From the NCBI RefSeq assembly GCF_963921235.1, contig NC_086108.1, positions 103,418,001 through 103,482,000 of the forward strand: 64,000 nt of DNA, read 5' to 3'. Positions 24,046-36,200 of this stretch are shown here, piece by piece (within the stretch, counting starts at the first letter, position 1; every line of letters begins with the position of its first letter). The notes beneath the pieces are model-generated. The model made no database searches and was not told the origin of the DNA. It was given only the letters and a program-made list of their open reading frames with translations. Origin of the DNA: Mobula hypostoma. Taxonomy: Eukaryota. Position numbers and translations under genes: made by a program.

Positions 24046-25035
24046 TTTTAAATTCAATTTAAGATTAATTGTCATTTAACCATATATAAATACAGCCAAA
24101 CGAGACAGTGGGTTCAAGGTGCAAAGACACATTCCAACAGTCACACACAAGATCAGAACATGTAATAAGAGTCTCCAAGGCCCAACCCACATAGATATAC
24201 ATATCTATACCTAACCTATCAATATTATCTGTCAACTAGGCACTACCGTGGCTTTGAGGCCCAGTCCTTGTCCTGACACCCAACTCCCACTAGGCGAATC
24301 TGTGGCTATGAGACTTAGTCTCACATATACAAAATATAACCAGCCAAATATATATGTATACAGTCCAGACTCCTCAGTCCTTTTTAAATCTTCAGTCACC
24401 ACAACTGCGCTGTGCTGCCCCTGGTAGAGTACAATGGCTGTATGCCTCACCTCCAGCTGTTGAAAAGCAAGCGACCCCGCAGCTTGAGGCCCGATTCCAT
24501 TGAGTGCCACTAAAAGATCCGCAGTCGGCCACAACAGGTCTTCTGCTGAGCGAAACCCTGGGAGGGCAGCTCCGAATCCATTCTGGACATCATGCCAGAC
24601 CGCCCCCGCTGAATGCCAACAGCTTTGTCTCCTCACTCTGGGCAGCCACAAACAGAGGACACCAAGGTTCAGGCCTAGTCCTAGCTATGACCCAGGACTC
24701 AGCCCCCTCCATCCACCCCTGCTCCCATCCAATAAATCAGCAAATCAAACTTGCAGCGTACTAGATTAACAATGTCCAGAGGGGTCTTGCAACCACAAGA
24801 AAAGTGACTGTGGTGGTCACTCACTATTAGACTGTAGCAGCACGTTGCACAGCTGTTTCATTATCTCCACCAGGGAGCATCTCACTGATTGTTTAGACCT
24901 GCAGTCCTTTGAGTTCTTTACATACAGCAGGATCATGCGAGCATTAAACATACATTTAAGTGGAACAGTAGCACCTTTTGTTGACCCCATAGAAGCCACT
25001 GCAACCAGTTGCGCCGCCATCTTGCCTGAATATCC
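24046..25035 (-). mobile_element. Non-coding element of about 990 bp with a CAAGATGGCG head and Rex1-like 3' tail
   Basis: 8-bp TSD AGAGGATT at 24038-24045 and 25036-25043 within CR1-like sequence. The minus strand starts near CAAGATGGCGGCG (25024) and ends AATGACAATTAATCTTAAATTGAATTT. No recognisable protein motifs. Confidence 0.6.
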
Positions 25036-25280
25036 AGAGGATTAAGCCAGACGATAGTGAATCAGTGGAATTTCCTTGCCACAGACAGCTGTGATGGCCA
25101 AGTCATTGTGTCTATTTAAAGCGGAGGTTAATAGGCTCATGATTAGAAAGGGCAGGAGAGGGTCATCAAGGGAATGGGGGCGTAAGGAAAAGGTCTCTCG
25201 ACAAAAAAGGTAAACTGCCCCAAAATCGAATTTAGACAAATACTTAATATTGCATAACTATATTAATAAAAGGGGCAAGG

Positions 25281-26267
25281 ATGATGTCTAAGGACAAGAT
25301 TAAAAAGTCCGCTCCAAAGGCTGATAAACATAAAGAGACGCAGCAAGGCGACGGGCCTAGCTCCCCGACGGCAAGCCAGGACGGAGATAATGAGGGGGAA
25401 TCGGTGACTCTGTCTTTGATTCTCGGAGAGATTCGCGAGATCCGACAAGATAACAGCAAACAGCGGGAAGATATTAAAGGAGAAATAGTAAAAACTAACT
25501 CGCGGATAGATGAAGCCGAAGCGAGGATTGTTGGAATTGAAGAGAAGCTACAAAATGCAGAGGAGGTGATAGCAGAAATGCTGAAGCTACAAGACCAGCT
25601 CCAGTGTAAACTAATAGATCAAGAAGGCCGCTCGAGAAGGGAAAATGTGAGGATCTACGGAGTTCCTGAAGGAACTGAAGGTAAACCCGGATTGATGATT
25701 CCCTTCGTGGAGAAGCTACTTAGAGAGAACCTTGATATACCGGCCGCAAAAGACCTACAGATAGAAAGGGCTCACCGCGCGGTGGCACCACAGCCTCCGG
25801 CAGGCACCCAGCCCAGATCGATTCTGGTCAGATTTCTCAGTTACAGAACGAAGGAAGAGGTGCTTAAAAGGGCATGGCAAAAGAAAGGTTTCATGTGGAA
25901 CAACTGTAAAATCAGTTTAGACCACAACTACGCACCAGGGATTCTTGCCAGACGGAAGGAATATACGGAAACACGGAGAGTCCTGAAGGAAAACAACATC
26001 AGATTCCAGACCCTGTATCCGGCTCGGCTGAGAGTCTTTTACGACGAAGGGACAAAAACTTATGCTACGGTGGAGGAGGCAACGTCAGACCTGGCGGACC
26101 GGGGACTACCTATTAAAGTTATCACCCAACCGGAGTCGCTACTGGAGAGGATTCGGCAGAAGTCGTGGCAGTTAGTGGGGCGAGGACGCTCCACACGAAC
26201 CAGAGTGTCAAACTACAAGGAAAAGCTGCAAATATTCAGACGCGAATGTACAGAGAATACAGATTAA
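25281..26267 (+). CDS. L1 ORF1p (coiled coil, RRM, CTD), open 328-aa frame
   Basis: Heptad-rich N-terminal half, then EGRSRRENVRIYGVPE, IERAHR, PRSILVRF and LYPARLRV motifs typical of L1 ORF1p. Confidence 0.9.
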   Translation: MMSKDKIKKSAPKADKHKETQQGDGPSSPTASQDGDNEGESVTLSLILGEIREIRQDNSKQREDIKGEIVKTNSRIDEAEARIVGIEEKLQNAEEVIAEMLKLQDQLQCKLIDQEGRSRRENVRIYGVPEGTEGKPGLMIPFVEKLLRENLDIPAAKDLQIERAHRAVAPQPPAGTQPRSILVRFLSYRTKEEVLKRAWQKKGFMWNNCKISLDHNYAPGILARRKEYTETRRVLKENNIRFQTLYPARLRVFYDEGTKTYATVEEATSDLADRGLPIKVITQPESLLERIRQKSWQLVGRGRSTRTRVSNYKEKLQIFRRECTENTD

Positions 26268-26630
26268 TTAACAGAAATGACTGAAAAGAGTAAATCGGAC
26301 TTAAAGGTAAAATGAAAACTGGTAACTGAAAATAAACTAGGCGGAATAACTTGAATGATAGCAATTTGGTCGAGACATAAATAGGAGAAAATTCTCTATG
26401 ATTATTCAAACTGCTGAGGGCCCTCTAACACAGGGTGAAGATAGAGGTTATCCCTCTGAACTGAGGCGGGTCGGTGCTCAGGCCTCACTGTGGGAAGTCG
26501 GGAAAAATTTTCAAATGTTACACGTTCAAAAATGTCTAGGGTGTGGTTATATGTCTTGGTTTACTGCTGAGAAGGGATTGTTTACTGTTTGGTTAGAAAA
26601 GGAGAGTGTTTTTTTTTCTACTAGAGAAAA

Positions 26631-29600
26631 ATGCAAACTGAATTGGTAAAAATAATTTCCTATAATGTTAATGGGGTTTTGAATCCAATTAAAAGAAATA
26701 AGATTACGTCTAAATTGAAAAAAGAGAGGGCACAAATAGCTTTCCTCCAGGAAACACATATGAGCCAATCTGAACATGGAAAATTAAAAAGAATGGGCTT
26801 TAAGCATGTATTTTATTCATCATATAAATTGAGTCACAAAAGAGGGGTAGCTACTTTAATATCAAGTACTCTTAATTATGAACATATTTCAGAGACTAAA
26901 GACAAAGAAGGACGGTTCGTAAAAATCACAGGAAGAATAGAAGGTACAGAAATAACATTGCTGAATGTTTATGCTCCTCCAGGTTGTGAATGGTCATTTT
27001 ATAGACACATTTTTGACCTAATGGTCAGTTCTCAAGGGGAAGTAATTTGTGGAGGGGATTTTAATATTAGATTAAATCCTATATTAGATTCTTCAAGAAT
27101 AGTTACTCAGAATAAACCTCTGACTCGGAAAGTGAATTCATTGATGGAGGAGTTGGGAATTATAGATGTCTGGAGGGAATTACACCCTACTAGTAAAGAT
27201 TATACATATTACTCTTTCCCTCATTCAGCCTATTCAAGAATAGACTTTCTTTATCTTTAATACAGATAGACTCAGGATAAAAAACTGTAATATTGCAACA
27301 ATTGATCTGTCGGATCATAGCCCAGTCTCTATGTCTCTAATCCTGGAAAGGAAAATGAGGAAAACACTATGGAGGCTAAACTCACATATACTCAATAACC
27401 CGAAAATAATGGAGAGATTAAGGGGAGAAATCAAAGAATATCTAGACCTTAATGACACGGGAGAAACATCACCAGTGATCTTATGGGATACATTGAAAGC
27501 TGTACTGAGAGGGAAAATTATTTCCATTACCACTCACATGAAAAAAATCAATGCACAAAAATTAGCAGACCTTCAAGGAAAATTAAAACAACTTCAAGTT
27601 GTAGATAGCAACAAAAGAAATTCAAATCGAAAACAGGAAATTAGGAAATTGCAAAGTGAAATTGACGATATTTATACGTTGGAAATTTTCTTTACTTGAG
27701 ACAAAAGAATTATGAAGTAGGAGGTAAATCAGCTAGATTATTAGCATATAAATTACGAAAACAACAAGCAGACAATACAATTCATAAAATAAAGAATCCA
27801 AAGACAAAGCTTGTGGAGAGTACAATAGGGAAAATTCAAGAGAGTTTTGAAACATATTATCGAGAGCTGTACTCCCAACCCCGGGCCCCCAATGAGCCCT
27901 ATATAGACAGTGTATTGAATTTTTTAGATCTACCTAAACTTACAGATTTACAAAATGAAAGTTTATTAGAACCAGTAACTGTCAAAGAACTGAACGTGGC
28001 CATCTCTAGGTTAAAGGCTGGAAAGTCCCCGGGTTCTGATGGGTTTACCTCAGAGTGGTACAAGTCCCTGAAGACACAGTTAGCCCCATTACTACTTAAC
28101 ACCTTTAATTGGATCTTGCAGAGAGGAGAAACTCCACCTTCCTGGAGAGAAGCGATTATTTCAGTTATTCCTAAAGAGGGTAAAGATAAACTAGAATGTG
28201 GCAATTATTGGCCAATTAGTGTTCTTAATTTAGATTACAAACTATTTACATCTATATTAGCGCCCAGATTGGAAAAGCTTTTACCTGGCCTAATCCACTT
28301 AGACCAGACTGGATTTATTCAACAAAGGCAAACACAGGACAACATAAGGAGAACTCTGCACATATTAGAACAGGTTAATAAGAACGAGACTGAGACAATG
28401 GTAGTAGGTTGGACGCCGAGAAAGCTTTTGATTCGGTTAGTTGGGCATTCCTATACAGAGTGTTAGGAAGATTCAGCTTTCAAGAAAATTTTATTAAAGT
28501 AATTCAGACTCTATATGACAGCCCTACAGCCCGAATTAAGATAAATGGGGACCTCTCTGACTCCTTCATCTTAGAGAGAGGCACTAGACAGGGATGCCCA
28601 ATTTCTCTTCTCCTTTTTGCGCTATATATTGAACCGCTTGCCCAACTAATAAGACAGAGCGAAATCGTAAAAGGTATCAAGGTGGCAGGGATTGAACAGA
28701 AAGTGGCGTTATTCGCAGCTGATGTTTTGGTCTATCTGAGTGAACCAGAAAAATAATTTATAGGATTGTTTACACTATTGGATGACTTTGGGAAAATATC
28801 AGGTTATAAAATAAATGTAAAGAAAATGCAGGTTATGTCCCTAAATTATACATCATCCAAAAAATTGCAGGATACATACGATCTTAAGTGGGAAGCTAAA
28901 TCATTAAAATATTTAGGAATAACCCTGCCGAAGGATCTTTCAAAACTGTCACAGGTAAATTATGGGCCATTATTCTCAGAGATAAAAGCAGATATGCATA
29001 GATGGAATCTTATCCCCTTTTTAAGTTTAAATTCAAGGATAAATACTATAAAAATGAATATTCTTCCTCGGTTATTGTATCTTTTCCGTACTTTACCAGT
29101 GGAGGTGGATGATAATCAATTCAGGGAATGGGACAAATGGATTTCCTGCTTCATTTGGCAAGGAAAGAAACCTAGAATTCGATATAACACCTTACAGTTA
29201 GGGAAGGAAGGAGGAGGTATGGTTCTTCCTTGCTTGAGAAATTATTTTTATGCCTCACAGATAATCCCTCTGTTATATTGGTGTAATAGGGAATATAAGG
29301 CTAGATGGAAGGAAATAGAATTTGGATTAGTTGACAGTTTTCCTCCACAGGCCTCAATAGCTGACAAAGGATTGATGGCCCAGTTGGAAAAATTTAAAAA
29401 CAGTTGGATAAATCTTACATTAAAAGTATGGCAGAAGGTGGTTAATTCATGTGGAATTAATAACATGTTAAAACTCTTTAGATGGTGTGCATATGATACC
29501 GAATTCCTTCCCAACAGAGGAGATAAAAGATTTGAGCTATGGATAAAGAAAGGTCTTACAACCTACCTCTCATTTATAGATAAAAGAGTATTACAAAGTT

Positions 29601-30406
29601 TCCAAATCCTGCAGGACAAACATGGCCTAGAACATAATGACTTTTTTAGGTACCTTCAAATACGAAACTATGTTAACCAGAGTTGTAGATATACAGACCT
29701 ATCAACAGTAGAATTAGAATTTTTCAAGATTCTGAATTCGGCTTGCAGTTCAATACCTAGTAAATCAGTTTCTCGATTATATAATGCACTCTCCCATGCT
29801 AAAAATGTAAATACACTGTATATTAAAGAGAAGTGGGAGAAAGAAGCGGGGTTGGTACTTTCAGAGGAGGCTTGGGGGAAAATCTGCAGCTTTCAATGGT
29901 CCTCGACTAATTCTTTGACTTGGAGAGAACATTGTTGGAAAAACATTATAAGATACTTCAAGACCCCATATCAGGAAAAATATAAAGATACAAATGTGAT
30001 GTGTTGGAGAAGGTGCAGCTCCAAGGAGGCAAATCATTTTCATATTTTCTGGGATTGCCCTAAATTAAGTCCATCTTGGGAAGGTATTCATAGAACATTA
30101 GTTAAGGTACTTAGGTCCCAGATACCTCTGAACTTTGAGACGCTCTGTTTGGGGCATGTACTGTTTCTTGAACAGAAGGAAGATATAAAGTTGCTGCAGG
30201 TCCTCTTAGCGGCAAGTAAGAAATCAATCACTAGAAAATGGCTAAATCCAATACCACCTACATTAGAAGATTGGCACGAAATTATCTGGGAAATATTTAA
30301 AATGGAAAAGTTGACTTACTCCCTGAGAATTCAAAAAGAAAAATGTTATCAAATCTGGAATAAATGGATTGAATATATAACCCCAATGCGAGCAGACTTT
30401 AGATGA
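26631..30406 (+). pseudogene. L1 ORF2 (APE endonuclease, reverse transcriptase, C-terminal Cys/His motif), disrupted
   Basis: Motifs SYNVNG, FLQETH, GGDFN, SRID, KSPGSDG, DAEKAFD, GTRQGCP, KYLGI and CWRRC...HIFWDC are spread over five ORF pieces, with breaks near 27245, 27690, 28408 and 28756. The catalytic FADD reads FAAD at 28712-28723. Confidence 0.92.
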
Positions 30407-32084
30407 CTCTCTTAATGATTTATACTGCTCTTCTCATCAACACAGTAATATTGCTAACGTAAGCAGCCCTAGTCTAAATGTCTTTTTTTTTTGTTTTCTT
30501 TTGGAAAAATAGAGAATTAACACAAGTAAAGGGAAAGATTTGGGAAAGGGATAAAAAAATGAAAAAATTAAGTAAATAAGTACATAGGGATTGGATAATT
30601 ATGTCTGCGGGCAGGAGCAAGCATGAACAAATTAGGATATAAACACCTACAATGGTTGTTACATAGGCTTATATACAACATTTTGGACCAGTGGAAATGG
30701 TCCAGAAGGGTTATATGGAAACTATTATTACCATTTTTCTTAACAACTAATACCATTACTTAGCCTAATAGGTTAGATTTACCACAGTATATAATTATCT
30801 ATTTAAGTGTTTATTTTCCTTTTATATCATCTCAATGTGTACTTAAGAATGTATAAATCATTGTAGTTTTATACATATAAAAAAATGGAAAAGGTTATAT
30901 GTGTGAAAAAAGTACATGATATTTGTGAATTCCTTATCCAAATAAAAATAAAAATAAAATTTAAAAAAAAGGGCAGGAGAATAGAGTTGAGAGATAATAA
31001 ATCAGTCATGATAGAATAACACAGCAGACTCAATGGGCCAAAGGCATAATCTACCCCTATGCCTTATGGTCTTATAATAATGAAGTGGTGGTGAACCGGG
31101 AGCCAACAACATAGGTGGGTGATGTGTGAACAGAATTTGAACATTTATGAAACTGGCAACAGGGACTGGGATGAAATCAAGTCAAGGGAGAGTGGAAGAT
31201 AGAAGGTCAGCCAAAACAAGATTAGAATAGTGAAAATCAAGAATGGTATGGTTGAGGGTTTCAACAGACGAGCTGTGACAGGATGGAACATTACAATGGT
31301 AGGATTAAGCAGCTGTGGTGAAAATGAATATAAGGAAGGAAGCTAAATTCAAGGCTGCAAAAGTTTAGATCAGGGAGGAATGGAATCTGCTGTTAGGGAA
31401 TTTGTTCAAGGCTCCAAGGAAAAAAGGTTTAGGCATTGCCAGGAAAATTTTTCTTATCCAATACATGGCACAAAAATGTAATAGTTCTGTAATAACAAGC
31501 CAGAGTTTGGAAGATGAAATCACACCATGAAAGAGTGTAAAAATGAATTGAATAAGTTATTAATTTGTTCCCTGACATGAAGAAAGTGCCAATAAAAAAG
31601 CTGCTGAATTACAGAGTACACATGGCTGATTCAGTAATGCGTTTTAGGGAGGAAATGGCTTTGGTGGAAAGAACAGATAAATTATAAACAAATTCCATCT
31701 GAAGTTTTATCTTAGTGCACCAAGACAAAGCCAAGTTATTTTAAATGTTTTCTTTTGAGGGGGCGCCATTGTCTATTGTTCAGCCCTAGATGACCTCAGG
31801 GAGGTAAAACAACATAGAAGAGCACAGCACAGGGCAGGTCCTTCTGCCACACTGTTGTACCAAATAAATTAAAACTAATTGCTCCTAATTAATATAATCA
31901 CTTCTTTCTCTGTGTTTTCATGTGCTGAGTCTCGAGCACTTCTTTGCTACCTGCCTCGACCACCACCCTTGGCAGTGTGTTCCATAGCCCACACCATAAA
32001 CTGTGTTTTAAAAAAACCTTTCCTCTTCTTTGTACTTTCCTATGCTCACTTTAAATACATGCCCACTAGCACAGGAAATTTTAT

Positions 32085-32342
32085 TATTTATTATTTAGAT
32101 ATACAGCACAGTAACAAGCACTTCCGGTACAACAAGGCATTGCCACTTCATCTCATCCATGTGACCAATTAACCGATTAATCCACATATCTTTAGAAAGT
32201 TGCAGGAAACCAGAGCACCTGGAGGAAAGTCAAATGGTCACGGGGAGAATGTACAAATTCCTCACAGATAGTGGGGGAATTTAACCCAAATAGCTGGTGC
32301 TGGAATAGCATTATGCTAACCGCCACACTATCGTGCCACCCT
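32085..32342 (-). mobile_element. tRNA-derived V-SINE
   Basis: Minus strand: GGTGGCACGATAGTGTGGCGGTTAGC, GGGTTAAATTCC and TTTGTACATTCTCCCCGTGACC...GGTGCTCTGGTTTCCT. Confidence 0.75.
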
Positions 32343-33259
32343 ATTTCATTCTCGCAAAAAGATACTGGCTGTTTATTCGTGTCATACAGAATTTTATAAA
32401 CTTCATTCAAATCTTCCCTCAGCCCCTGCTTGCCCAACCTCTCTTCACAGCACATTCTTCAAACCACACTGCATCCTAGTAAGTATCCTCTGCAAAGTCT
32501 CCACGTCCCCTGTAATGAGCAATACATTAAATGTGGTCTAACCAGAGTTTTGTAAAGGTAATGGTGAACTCCCTTGACATACAGCAATCCTGCAGTGAAA
32601 TCACTCCTACTGTGCTGATGATAGACGTCCAAGACAACAAATGATATATTTCGAAGTAAGAACATTCTGCAACTTAAGAGATCATATTTCTTTCCCTTCT
32701 TCCCTGCCTCTATCAGTTATCTGAATGTTATATAAACCCACAAACACTGCCTTGAATGATGTATTGGATAAGAATTTTCCTGGTAAGGCCTAAACCTTTT
32801 TCCTTGGACTACTGGCTCCACAAGGCCAGTGTGGATCTACAACTGGCAAAGTGAGGAAAAGGCCAAGTAAAATCTCAAGCCTGATATTCCACTATCTTCT
32901 TTGGCCAGGAGTCTTCCTTAGACTCTTTCACCTCTTTCTAGCTCTCTCTCGCGTCCCGATTCTTCTTCTTGCCTCTTGCTCTCTTTAGACCTATTTATTG
33001 CTAATCGCCAAAGCAACATAGACCACCTTGATTTTATTCCAGCGCCCCCCCCAACTCTCCCGAAACTACACCCTTCTGAACGTGCAGAATTCAATTTAGA
33101 ATCTACAATGACACAGACATCAAACACTAGAGGGATATTTTTCCTACCGCCCACAGAATGACATCAAACCCTACAACAAAGTTAGCACTGCAGTAGTCCA
33201 ATGAAGTGATCTCTATCTCAATGAAACCAAATGTTTGCTCTCAGATATTTGCTCTCCTT

Positions 33260-36200
33260 AAGAGTTCCCTCTAAACCATGACCCCACCCACCACTGAATA
33301 TCAAGCCAACTGGCTGGAGTGTTCATCCAATACCTTTAACCTCTCACTTCAGTTGTCTGAGGTACCCATCAAGCAGGCATCAATCACGTCAACCTGCCTC
33401 CATGGCTATCTTCCAGTAACACTTAGATCCACAGTGATGAAGTGATTTAAGAGGTTGGTGATGAAATACATCAACTCCTTGAGAAATGATTTGGATCCAC
33501 TCCAAATTGCCTTCCAGTATAACAGGTCCACAGCAGATGTGATTTCATTGGCTCTTCACTCAACCCTGCAACATCTGGACAGCAAAGATGCATACATCAG
33601 GATGTTCTTTATAAGCTATAGCTCGGCATTCAATACTATCAAAACTAATCAATAAGCTTCAAGACCATGGTCTCAATACCCCCATATGCAATTGGATCCT
33701 CGCTTTCCTCACTTGCAGATGCCAATCAGATCAGATTGCCAACAACACCATGTATTGGAGAGCAGCCTTGCAGCTGTCTCCCTCAAAAATAAGTACTCCA
33801 TTTTGAGTACTGTTGGGGGGGTAGGGCCTAACTGGGGGAAGTGACAGTGGCCATGCCTCTGGCACCGAGTCTGGCCCTGTGGCTGGAAAGGCAGGAGGGC
33901 AGGAAACCGAAGAGGATGGGAGCAGTAATAGGGGACTCTATAGTTAGGGGGACAGAAAGAGAACACGGATGGTAGTTTGACTCCCAGGTGCCAGGGTCCG
34001 TGATGTTTCTGAAAGCATCCACAATATTCTGAAAAGAGAGGGTAAACAGCCAGAAGTCATGGTACATATTGGTACCAACAACACTGGCAGAAAAAGGGAG
34101 GAGGTCCAGAAAACAGAATACAGGAAATTAGGAAAGAAGCTGAGAAGCAGGAACTCAAGGGTAGTAATCTCAGGATTGCTGCCTGTGCCACACAACAGTG
34201 AGGATAGAAATAGAACGAGGTGGCGGATAAATGCATGGCTGAAGAATTGGAACAAGGGGCAGGGGTTCAAATTTCTGAATCATTGGGACTTCTGGGTCTG
34301 GTGTGACCTGTACAAAAGGGACAGGTTGCACTTGAATCTGAGGGGGACCAATATTCTTGCGGGCAGGTTTACTAGAGCTGATGGGAGTGGTTCAAACTAT
34401 TATGGCAGGAGATGGAAACCAGTATGATAGAGCTGAGGATGAGCCAGCAGGTTTACAAGCAGATGATGTAATATATAATATAAATGTAAGGAAGGACAAG
34501 CCAATGATTGGGTACAACTTCAGGCAGAGCAAAGAGCAAAGTTGTACCACAGAGGCAAGATTTGTAAGAGTCAGGAATGCAGGACTGAAGGTGCAGTATG
34601 TAAATGCATGTAGCATTCAGAATAAGGTGAATGAACCCATGCTGCAAAAGATTGGTCGGTATGACTATGTGGGCATCACTGAGTTGTGGCTGGAAGAAGG
34701 TCATAGTTGGAAGTTTAACATAAAAGAATATACCTTGCATTGAAAGGACAGGCTGGACGGCATAGGCGGTGGTGTGGCACTATTGGTAAGAGATGGAATT
34801 ACATCTTTAGAAAGAGGTGACAGTGTCAGAGAATGTTGGATCTTTGTGGGTGCAGTTAAGAAACTGTAAAAGTGAAAAAACCATTATGGGAATCATATTT
34901 AGGCCTTTAAATAGTAGCCAAGATGTGGGGTTGAGATTACAAAGGGGGCTGGAAAGGGTAATATCACAATTGTAAAGTGGGACTTCCAATATGCAAGAGG
35001 ATTGGGAAAACCAGATTAATGTCAGATCGCAAGAGAGAGAATTTGTTGAATGCCCGCAAGATGGCTTTTTAGTGCAGCTTGTGCTCGAGCCTACTTGGGG
35101 AAAGGCCATCTTAGACTGGGTGTTGTGTCATAATCCCAATTTTATTAATTAGCTTAACATAAAGGAACCCCGAGGAGGCATGATCATAATATGATTGAAT
35201 TCATACTGCAATCTGAGAGGGAGAAGCACAAGACACAAATAGCAGTATCACAATGAAATAAAGGGAAACACAGAGGCATGAGAGAGGAGGTTGCCCAGGT
35301 GGATTGAAGGAGGATGCTGGCAGGGATGACAGCGGAGCACAGATGACTGAAGTTTCTGGAAATAGTTCACAAGGCACAGGCAAGATATGTCCCACTGAAG
35401 TAGTAGTTCTCAAGTGGCAGGGGTAGGCAACCATGGCTGACAAGGGAAATTAGGACTGCATAAAAGCCAAGGAAAGCGCATATGTAGCAAAAGTGAGTGG
35501 GAAGCTGGATGACTGAGAAGCTTTTACAATCCAACAAGAGGCAACTTAAAAGGCTCTAAGAAGAGAAAAGATGAAATATGAGGGCAAACTAGCCGATAAA
35601 ACAAAGCAGGATACTAAGTTTTTTCAGTTATATAAAAAATAAAAGGGAGATGAGAGTTGATATTGGAGCACTGGAAAATGATGCTGGTGAGGTAGTACTG
35701 GGGGACAAAGAAACGGCAGATACACTTTATAAGTAATTTGCTTCAGTCTTTATTGTGTGCCAGAGGTCCGTGAGTGCTATTGTTACTACAAAGGAAAAGG
35801 TGCTAGGCAAACTGATAGGTCTTAAGGTGGATAAGCCACCTAGACCAGATGGACTATATGCCAGAGTCCTGAAAGAGGTTGCTTAAGAAATAACAGTTTC
35901 ATTGGTCATGATCTTTCAAGAATCACTTGATTCTGGCATGGTTCCGGAGGACTACAAGATTGTAAATGGCACTCCACTCTTTAAGAAGGGAGGAAGATAA
36001 GAGGAAGGAAATTATAGGCCAGTTAGCCTAACCTCAGAGGCTAGGATAGTGCTGGAGTCCATTATTAAGGACAAGGTTTTGGGGTACTTGGAGACTAATG
36101 ATAAAATCAGTCAGTCAGCATAATTTCTGTCAAGGAAAATCTTGCCTGACAAATCTGTTAGAATTCTTTGAGGAAGTAACAAGCAGGGTGGACAAAGGAG

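Larger units (their letters stand above)
25160..30967 (+). mobile_element. Near-full-length L1-clade non-LTR retrotransposon (fish-type), antisense to ZZZ3
   Basis: ORF1, a ~360-bp spacer, ORF2 (endonuclease, RT, Cys/His motif), a 3' UTR and an AATAAA-rich A tail at 30941-30970. Candidate 13-bp TSD AAAGGGCAGGAGA at 25147-25159 and 30968-30980. Both flanks are CR1 3' sequence. Confidence 0.93.

Noticed and set aside
24817..25020. ORF MAAQLVAVAS with a good start context, as a possible host gene
   Set aside because: The ATG belongs to the CAAGATGGCG head of a TSD-flanked insertion, and the peptide has no recognisable motif.
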